Below are positions 1-6,374 of a stretch of 32,000 nt of DNA, piece after piece. Made by a program: the position numbers and the translations under genes. Each line of letters starts with the position of its first letter. Positions within the stretch are counted from its first letter, which is position 1. The DNA comes from Micrococcus luteus NCTC 2665. Its GTDB lineage: Bacteria > Actinomycetota > Actinomycetes > Actinomycetales > Micrococcaceae. The stretch is from assembly GCF_000023205.1 (NCBI RefSeq), contig NC_012803.1, positions 240,001-272,000 on the forward strand, given 5' to 3'. The notes beneath the pieces were generated by a model. It made no database searches. It was not told the origin of the DNA and saw nothing but the letters and a program-made list of their open reading frames with translations.

Positions 1-90
1 TGGAGGCCACGATCCGGGACTGACCCCGGTCACGTCGTCGGACGACGACGGTGCCGCCGCGCCGCCGCCGTCCGACGTCTTCACCGCCGC

Positions 91-120
91 GAGCCGGACG
101 GGCGGCCGCCCGTCCGGCTC
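91..120. terminator. 30-bp perfect palindrome (GAGCCGGACGGGCGG|CCGCCCGTCCGGCTC). It lies between an upstream gene end (in-frame TGA at 21-23) and the membrane-protein gene. It could be an intrinsic-terminator-like hairpin or an operator.
   Basis: Read directly: the two 15-nt halves are exact reverse complements. It sits 20 nt upstream of the ATG at 141. No U-tail follows. Confidence 0.35.
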
Positions 121-140
121 GCGATCGAAAGGACACCACG

Positions 141-1517
141 ATGGACTCGTCCCGCCCCGCAGACCACGAGCTGCACACCGACACCACCGCGATGGCCGCG
201 ATCGAGGCCGACGCGCCCCGCCCGCCGGCGCGCTGGCGCATGATCGTCTACTCGACGATCGGCATCGTCATGTTCTTCGTGCCCGTCACGATCAACGGGG
301 CGAGCTCCATCCCGCTGGACCACCTGGTGACCTGGGTGCGCGGGCTGCTCGGCCCGGCCGACCGCTGGGTGGGCCTGGCCATCATCGCCGCCGGCGCCGT
401 GTACCCGTTCGCCTCGGGCCGCTGGCGGACCAGCACCACGCGGACGGTCTTCGCCCTCCTCGCCGTGCTCGGCCTGGTCGCCTCGGCGATGGTCGTGTTC
501 GGCGTGGGCCCGAGCTGGATCCTGGACGAGAGCATCGGCCCGTTCCTGATGGACAAGCTCGTGGTGCCCGTGGGCCTGATCGTCCCCATCGGCGGCGTCT
601 TCCTGGCCCTCGTGATCGGCTACGGCCTCATGGAGTTCGTGGGCGTCTACCTGCGCCCGGCCATGCGGCCGATCTGGCGCGTGCCCGGCCGCGCCGCCGT
701 CGACGCCGTCGCCTCCTTCGTGGGCTCCTACGCCCTGGGCCTGCTGCTGACGAACCGCATGTACACCGGGGGCCGCTACACGGCCCGCGAGGCGGCGATC
801 ATCGCCGTCGGGTTCTCCACGGTGTCCGCGACCTTCATGGTGATCGTCGCCAAGACGCTGGGCCTGATGGACATCTGGCTCTGGTACTTCTTCGGCACCC
901 TCGTGGTGACGTTCGTGGTCACGGCCATCACCGTGCGCCTCCCGCCGCTGAGCCGCATCCCGGACGAGGTGTACCCCGGCGCGGTGCACTCGCCCGAGCA
1001 GGCCGTCACCCGGGACCGCTTCCGCGTGGCCCTGCGCGCCGCCGAGCAGACCCTCGCCGAGGCCCCGTCCCTGCCGAAGAACATCTGGGTCAACTTCCGG
1101 GACGGCCTCGTGATGGTGCTCCAGATCCTGCCCTCCATCATGTCCGTGGGCCTGATCGCCCTGGTCCTGGCCACGTACACGCCCGTGTTCGAGTGGATCG
1201 GCGTGATCTTCTACCCGCTGTTCTGGGCGCTGGGCTACTCCGACCCCGGCCTGCTGGCCTCGGCCTCCGCCACCTCGATCGCCGAGATGTTCATCCCGGC
1301 CACGATGGCGGCCGGTCACGAGGACCTCGTCGCCCGGTTCGTGATCGGCGTCGTCTGCGTCTCCGCGATCATCTTCTTCTCCGCGGTGGTTCCTGCCATC
1401 CTGGCCACGGACATCCCCGTGAAGATGTGGCACCTCCTGGTGATCTGGGTCGAGCGCGTGGCGCTCACCATCGTGCTGGCCACGCCGCTGGCCCACCTGG
1501 TGGCCGCGCTCACCTGA
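141..1517 (+). CDS. Polytopic inner-membrane protein, YjiH / GATE (nucleoside-recognition) family-like. Candidate hut-linked permease.
   Basis: ORF 51..1517. I prefer the ATG at 141 (MDSSRPADHE...), which follows AAAGGA. The product has many hydrophobic helices (IVYSTIGIVMFFVPVTINGASSIPLDHLV..., IIFFSAVVPAILATDIP...). High GC3 in this frame. It lies directly upstream of hutI and hutH on the same strand. The family call rests on pattern recognition only. Confidence 0.7.
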   Translation: MDSSRPADHELHTDTTAMAAIEADAPRPPARWRMIVYSTIGIVMFFVPVTINGASSIPLDHLVTWVRGLLGPADRWVGLAIIAAGAVYPFASGRWRTSTTRTVFALLAVLGLVASAMVVFGVGPSWILDESIGPFLMDKLVVPVGLIVPIGGVFLALVIGYGLMEFVGVYLRPAMRPIWRVPGRAAVDAVASFVGSYALGLLLTNRMYTGGRYTAREAAIIAVGFSTVSATFMVIVAKTLGLMDIWLWYFFGTLVVTFVVTAITVRLPPLSRIPDEVYPGAVHSPEQAVTRDRFRVALRAAEQTLAEAPSLPKNIWVNFRDGLVMVLQILPSIMSVGLIALVLATYTPVFEWIGVIFYPLFWALGYSDPGLLASASATSIAEMFIPATMAAGHEDLVARFVIGVVCVSAIIFFSAVVPAILATDIPVKMWHLLVIWVERVALTIVLATPLAHLVAALT

Positions 1518-1564
1518 GGCCCGCCCCACCGCCCCACCCCCGTCCGTCCCGCAGAGAGGCCCCC

Positions 1565-2770
1565 ATGCGCTCCACGCTCATCACCGACATCGCCGAGCTG
1601 ACCACCGTCGACCCCGAAGGGCGGGTGCTCACGGACGCGGCCGTCGTCGTCGAGGACGAGCGCATCGCCTGGATCGGCCCTGCCGCGGACGCCCCGGACG
1701 CGGACGACCGGGTGTCCGTCGAGGGCCGCGCCGTGCTGCCCGGCTGGGTGGACTCCCACACGCACCTCGTGTTCGACGGGGACCGCTCCGCCGAGTTCGA
1801 GGCCCGCATGGCCGGTGAGTCCTACGCGGCCGGCGGCATCGGCGTGACCACCTCCGCCACCCGTGCCGCCTCGGACGACCGCCTGGCCGAGCTGGTCCGC
1901 GGCCGGGTGGCCGACGCGGTGGCCGGCGGCACCACCTACCTCGAGACCAAGACCGGCTACGGGCTCACCGTGGAGGAGGAGGCGCGCCACGCGCGCCTGC
2001 TGGCCGGGCTGCGCGAGGAGGGCCTCGTGGACGAGGTGACCTTCCTCGGTGCCCACCTCGTGCCCCCGGGCCGGGACGCGGAGGACTACCTCGACGACGT
2101 CGTCGGACCGATGCTCGAGGCCGTGCGGGAGCACGCGGGCTGGGTGGACGTGTTCTGCGACACCGGCGCCTTCGACGCCGAGCAGACCCGCCGCGTGCTC
2201 GCCGCGGGCGTGGCGGCGGGCCTGGGCGTGCGCCTGCACGGCAACCAGATCGAGCAGGGCCCGGGTGTGGGCGTGGCCGTGGAGTTCGGCGCCGCCTCCG
2301 TGGACCACGTCAACCACCTCTCCGACGCGGACGTCGAGGCCCTGGCCGGCACCTGGACCGGCTGGGACCGCGCCTCGGCCACCGGCACGCCCGGCACCGT
2401 GGCCGGCTGCCTGCCCGCGTGCGACCTGTCCACCCGCGCCCCGCTGGCGCCCGCGCGTCGCCTGCTCGACGCCGGCATCGAGGTCTCCCTGGCCTCGAAC
2501 TGCAACCCGGGCACCAGCTACACCACGTCCATGAACTTCAACGTGGGCACCGCCGTGCTGCAGATGCACCTGACCCTCGCCGAAGCCGTGCGCGCCGCCA
2601 CCCTCGGCGGGGCCCTCGGCCTGCGGGCGCAGGACCGCGTCGGCAGCCTCGAGGTCGGCAAGCGCGCCGACCTGCACGTGCTCGACGCCCCCGCCGCCAT
2701 CCACCTGGCCTACCGCCCCGGCATGCCGCTGACCCACGCGGTCTGGCGCGCGGGCCGTCGGGCCGTCTGA
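1565..2770 (+). CDS. hutI: Imidazolonepropionase
   Basis: In-frame ATG at 1565 within ORF 1193..2770. N-terminus MRSTLITDIAELTTVD...LPGWVDSHTHLVFDGDRSAEFEARMAGESY is typical of HutI (metal-binding HxH, amidohydrolase fold). Adjacent to hutH. Confidence 0.93.
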   Translation: MRSTLITDIAELTTVDPEGRVLTDAAVVVEDERIAWIGPAADAPDADDRVSVEGRAVLPGWVDSHTHLVFDGDRSAEFEARMAGESYAAGGIGVTTSATRAASDDRLAELVRGRVADAVAGGTTYLETKTGYGLTVEEEARHARLLAGLREEGLVDEVTFLGAHLVPPGRDAEDYLDDVVGPMLEAVREHAGWVDVFCDTGAFDAEQTRRVLAAGVAAGLGVRLHGNQIEQGPGVGVAVEFGAASVDHVNHLSDADVEALAGTWTGWDRASATGTPGTVAGCLPACDLSTRAPLAPARRLLDAGIEVSLASNCNPGTSYTTSMNFNVGTAVLQMHLTLAEAVRAATLGGALGLRAQDRVGSLEVGKRADLHVLDAPAAIHLAYRPGMPLTHAVWRAGRRAV

Positions 2771-2799
2771 TCGACCGACAGCAAGGAGAACGCATCACC

Positions 2800-4413
2800 A
2801 TGACCACCCCTCCCGTCACCGTCACGCTCGGCACGTCCGGGGCCACCCTGGACGACGTCGTCGCCGTGGCCCGCCACGACGCCCGCGTGGTGCTCGCCGA
2901 CGACGTGCTCGAGACCGTCGGCGCGGTGCGCCGCCACGTCGAGGCGCTGGCCGAGGCCGAGACCCCCACCTACGGCGTCTCCACCGGCTTCGGCGCGCTC
3001 GCGGACAAGCACATCCCGCTCGAGTCCCGCGCGCAGCTGCAGAAGTCCCTGATCCGCTCCCACGCCGCCGGCATGGGCCCCGTGGTGGAGCGCGAGGTCG
3101 TCCGCGCGCTGATGTTCCTGCGGGCCACCACGCTGGCCTCCGGCCGCACGGGCGTGCGCCCCGTGGTGGTCGAGACCTTCGTGGCCATGCTCAACGCGGG
3201 CATCACCCCCGCCGTGCGCGAGTTCGGCTCCCTGGGCTGCTCCGGTGACCTCGCACCGCTCTCCCACGTGGCCCTGGCGCTGATGGGCGAGGGCGACGTC
3301 GTCGGGACGGACGGCGCGCTGCGTCCGGCCGGCGAGGCGCTCGCCGAGGCCGGGATCGAGCCGGTCGAGCTGCGGGAGAAGGAGGGCCTGGCCCTCGTCA
3401 ACGGCACCGAGGGCATGCTCGGCATGCTGATCATGGCGCTGGCCGACCTCGAGGAGCTCGCCGACACCGTGGACCTCACCGCCGCGATGTCCGTGGAGGC
3501 GCTGCTCGGCACCGACCGCGTGTTCGTGCCGGAGCTGCACCTGCCGCTGCGCCCCCACCCGGGCCAGGCGACCTCCGCCGACCGGATGCTGAGGATCCTG
3601 GCGGGCTCGCCGATCGTGGCCAGCCACAAGGAGGGCGACTCCCGCGTGCAGGACGCCTACTCGCTGCGCTGCGCCCCGCAGGTGGCCGGCGGCCTGCGCG
3701 ACACCCTCGCGTACGTGCGCACCGTGGCCGAGCGTGAGCTCGCCGCGACCGTGGACAACCCGGTGGTGCTCGACGACGGCCGGGTGAGCTCGAACGGCAA
3801 CTTCCACGGGGCGCCCGTGGCGTACGTGCTGGACTTCCTGGCCATCCCGGTGGCCGACGTCGCCAGCATGTCCGAGCGCCGCACCGACCGCATGCTGGAC
3901 CCGGCCCGCTCGCACGGGCTGCCCGCGTTCCTCGTGGACGACCCGGGCGTGGACTCCGGCATGATGATCGCCCAGTACACGCAGGCCGGGCTCGTCTCGG
4001 ACATGAAGCGCCTGGCCGTGCCCGCGTCCGTGGACTCCATCCCGTCCTCCGCGATGCAGGAGGACCACGTCTCCATGGGTTGGCACGCCGCCCGCAAGCT
4101 GCGCTCGGCCGTGGAGAACTTCCGCCGCGTGCTCGCCGTCGAGCTCGTGGCCGCCGCCCGCGCGATCGAGCTGCGCGCGCCGCTGCAGCCCTCCGCCGCG
4201 ACCGGTGCCGCCGTCCGCGTGATCCGCGAGGCCGACGTCCCCGGTCCGGGCCCGGACCAGTACATGGCGCCGCAGCTGGCCGCCGCCGAGCAGGCCCTGC
4301 GCGACGGGTCCGTGCTGGCCGCCGTGGCGGAGGCGCTCGCGGGCGTGTCCGCCGACGCCGAGCCGCAGGACCTGGCCGAGGAGTCCGAGGGCGCCGGGGC
4401 CGAGGGGCACTGA
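2800..4413 (+). CDS. hutH: Histidine ammonia-lyase (MIO-dependent)
   Basis: ATG at 2800, preceded by AAGGAGA (2783-2789). Contains YGVSTGFGALA, GSLGCSGDLAPLSH (MIO-forming tripeptide region), NGTEGM and QEDHVSMG. Confidence 0.95.
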   Translation: MTTPPVTVTLGTSGATLDDVVAVARHDARVVLADDVLETVGAVRRHVEALAEAETPTYGVSTGFGALADKHIPLESRAQLQKSLIRSHAAGMGPVVEREVVRALMFLRATTLASGRTGVRPVVVETFVAMLNAGITPAVREFGSLGCSGDLAPLSHVALALMGEGDVVGTDGALRPAGEALAEAGIEPVELREKEGLALVNGTEGMLGMLIMALADLEELADTVDLTAAMSVEALLGTDRVFVPELHLPLRPHPGQATSADRMLRILAGSPIVASHKEGDSRVQDAYSLRCAPQVAGGLRDTLAYVRTVAERELAATVDNPVVLDDGRVSSNGNFHGAPVAYVLDFLAIPVADVASMSERRTDRMLDPARSHGLPAFLVDDPGVDSGMMIAQYTQAGLVSDMKRLAVPASVDSIPSSAMQEDHVSMGWHAARKLRSAVENFRRVLAVELVAAARAIELRAPLQPSAATGAAVRVIREADVPGPGPDQYMAPQLAAAEQALRDGSVLAAVAEALAGVSADAEPQDLAEESEGAGAEGH

Positions 4414-4434
4414 CGCTGCCGAGCGGCCCGACGC

Positions 4435-4497
4435 CACAGAGTGGTCACGACATGCCGCGTGCGTCTGGAATGGACGGCGTGTCGTGACCACTCTGTG
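4435..4497. terminator. Long hairpin: 18-bp perfect arms (CACAGAGTGGTCACGACA / TGTCGTGACCACTCTGTG) around a 27-nt partly self-pairing loop. Probable bidirectional terminator of the ancestral convergent hutH / hutG pair.
   Basis: Arms at 4435-4452 and 4480-4497 are exact reverse complements. The hairpin starts 22 nt after the hutH stop and ends 43 nt before the relic hutG stop at 4540. Confidence 0.55.
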
Positions 4498-4539
4498 TGC
4501 GGAGGGGGCGGCCTGCGGGTCGGGCCGGTCGGCTCCGGC

Positions 4540-4596
4540 TCAGGTGAGGAGCGCCGTCGTCGTCCTGTGCCTGCTGACGATCGTATGGATCAGGCG
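4540..4596 (-). pseudogene. hutG: Relic 3' end of hutG (19 codons plus stop, ...RLIHTIVSRHRTTTALLT*). Proposed attL-side direct repeat.
   Basis: Hand alignment to 9598-9654 (...RLIHTIVSRHRTDASLLA*) gives 44/57 nt identical, in the same register and with its own TGA. The core 25-mer at 4573-4597 matches 9631-9655 at 23/25. Confidence 0.6.
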
Positions 4597-4690
4597 GGAG
4601 ACAATCCGGGCAACGTCATGTGGTTGGTGTCGTGGGGTGAAGCCGGAACGGCGCGATCAGTCCGACTGCAGCACGACACCAGCTAAGGGC

Positions 4691-5230
4691 TTATCCCAGG
4701 AGTCCCTGTTGTTCGGCCCAGCACTTGAATCCTCCTGGGCCGAAGGGAAGCCGGTAATCGCCCATGATGAGATCGTCAGCGAGGCTCTCAACCATGGGAA
4801 CGGTGAGTTGCTCCTTGCGGATCGCCTCACAGAGCAACCCGAGGGTGCCGGTGCACTCGAGCTTCTCGCGCTTGGCCAGGACGCGGGGCACGTTGTCGTC
4901 GATCACGATGCGATACCCGTGCGTCCGACCGAGGGCTAGAACGCCGCATTCGCCCCGGTTCCGACCGCCCGCCACAAGGTGCTCCTCGTATCGGGCGAAG
5001 GCCGCGAGGAACTCGAGGTCCTCGCTGCGGTCCACGACGATCCATTCGGCGTCCAAGATCTGCCGGAGATCTGGGTGCTGGTACTGCTGGTCCCTGATCT
5101 CCTGCTCCACACTCTCCGGAATCACGGCATGGCCGGCTGTCAGGAACTTGAGCACACCGAGCCATCCTTTCAGGGTGAAATGGCGCAGTGGTCCCGTATC
5201 GAAGACGTAGGTCTCCGGAACGGCGGTCAC
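4691..5230 (-). CDS. PIN-like nuclease domain protein (DUF3368-like). Putative toxin.
   Basis: GTG start at 5230 overlaps the stop of the upstream gene (GTGA). Motifs: YVFDTGPL (N-terminal Asp), IPESVEQEI, GECGVLALG, IVIDDNVPR and TGTLGLL. These match the DUF3368/PIN pattern as I remember it. Confidence 0.7.
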   Translation of the reverse strand: MTAVPETYVFDTGPLRHFTLKGWLGVLKFLTAGHAVIPESVEQEIRDQQYQHPDLRQILDAEWIVVDRSEDLEFLAAFARYEEHLVAGGRNRGECGVLALGRTHGYRIVIDDNVPRVLAKREKLECTGTLGLLCEAIRKEQLTVPMVESLADDLIMGDYRLPFGPGGFKCWAEQQGLLG

Positions 5231-6339
5231 GAGACGTACTCCCAGATCTCCTGTTCCTGACGTGGGGGAAGGTCCGGAAGGTCGTCGTCGTCGAAAGTCC
5301 CATCCAAGAGGTCGAGTGTGCGTTCACGCGAGAGCTTCTCGGCCTCGAACAGCGCGATGACGTGCTTCTGGTACACCCGGGGCTGGGTAGTGCCTGCCAT
5401 CTCGTCAGACGGGTACAGATCGTGGGTGATGATGTCCGTCTGCGTGGTCTGCACAGCGCGGATGTCGTTTGCCGTGGAAGCGTCCACCAATTCCAGGTCG
5501 TGGAGTCGGCGGGCCAGGGTCGACATGTCCACCAGGTAGGTGCCGGCGATCTTCACAGCGGCAGTGCGGACATCGCCTGAGTGAGCTGCGGCGGGCCATT
5601 CCTGTAAAAGGACAGCTGCTGGCAGGAGAAATGCTCGAGCGAACCGATCGAGGCGACCCTCGATGTCCGGGCCGGTGTGGGCGGTGCGCCAGTCCACCGT
5701 GTATTCATCGGCAAGTAGGTAGTGCCCAAGCTCGTGCACGGCGGAGAGGCGGCGTCGCCCGACCTTGGGGGTGGAATTCACCAGGGAGATGCCGCCCTCG
5801 GCGAGGAGCACCGTTCCCGCGTCAGCGGCGTCCACGCCGAAGTTGCGGGAGAACAGGAGCAGGCCAGCAGTGGCCAGGTGCGCCTGGAGGTCCTTTACGG
5901 GTTCCGTTGCTGTATACCCGACGTGCTCGCGTGCCCGGGCGGCCATGTCGTCGGCCTCGTGAACGGACTTGGGCTGCTCCCAGGGGTCCCGCACGCCGAA
6001 CCCCTCGATGGGATGCAGGCCGTGCAGGAACTCGACGTCTGCGAGGAGTTCGGCCAGCAGGTGGTCCACGGCCGACTCGGTGGTATCCAACCCCTGGGCG
6101 GAACGGTGCGAGACGAGCGCTGGCGCAGGCTCGGTGAAGAACGACTGCATTCGGGTTCCCAGGGCATCGGCGATGGAGGCCAGCTCCAGGGCAGTGACCT
6201 TCCGTTGTCCGCCTTCGATCCGGTTGACCATGGTGCGCTCGAGGCCAACGGCGGTAGCTAGGTCCTGCTGGGACATCCCGCGACGCTCCCGCGCGGCACG
6301 TACACGGGCACCCAGCGAATGAGGAGTGGTCGGCGACAT
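5227..6339 (-). CDS. Fusion protein: XRE-family HTH, then ImmA/IrrE (COG2856) zinc metallopeptidase, then a C-terminal tail. Putative antitoxin/regulator.
   Basis: HTH: LGARVRAARERRGMSQQDLATAVGLERTMVNRIEGGQRKV. HEXXH motif: AVHELGHYLL, followed by FARAFLLPA. ATG at 6339 (MSPTTPHS...); an alternative in-frame ATG lies at 6360. Translationally coupled to the PIN gene. Confidence 0.85.
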   Translation of the reverse strand: MSPTTPHSLGARVRAARERRGMSQQDLATAVGLERTMVNRIEGGQRKVTALELASIADALGTRMQSFFTEPAPALVSHRSAQGLDTTESAVDHLLAELLADVEFLHGLHPIEGFGVRDPWEQPKSVHEADDMAARAREHVGYTATEPVKDLQAHLATAGLLLFSRNFGVDAADAGTVLLAEGGISLVNSTPKVGRRRLSAVHELGHYLLADEYTVDWRTAHTGPDIEGRLDRFARAFLLPAAVLLQEWPAAAHSGDVRTAAVKIAGTYLVDMSTLARRLHDLELVDASTANDIRAVQTTQTDIITHDLYPSDEMAGTTQPRVYQKHVIALFEAEKLSRERTLDLLDGTFDDDDLPDLPPRQEQEIWEYVS

Positions 6340-6361
6340 GTGTGCGATTCTCGCACACATG
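6337..6361. promoter_or_regulatory. Perfect 11-3-11 palindrome CATGTGTGCGA-TTC-TCGCACACATG overlapping both candidate start codons of the XRE-ImmA gene. Probable autoregulatory operator.
   Basis: Read directly. The half-sites are exact reverse complements. The spacing suits a dimeric HTH protein. It sits in the 90-bp divergent gap between the XRE-ImmA gene and the hsdR remnant. Confidence 0.55.
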
Positions 6362-6374
6362 GCACTGGCGGTGA

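Noticed and set aside
1-23. The 3' end of an upstream gene (...EATIRD*, TGA 21-23)
   Set aside because: Seven codons are too few to call a product. It is mentioned only as context for the palindrome at 91-120.
81-4491. Long antisense or alternate-frame ORFs over the membrane-protein, hutI and hutH genes (81..1529 -, 1316..2737 -, 2710..4491 -, 2419.. + upstream extension, and others)
   Set aside because: Their Arg/Gly/His/Pro-rich, low-complexity translations are typical of shadow frames in very GC-rich DNA. Each lies entirely over a gene with strong family motifs in another frame.
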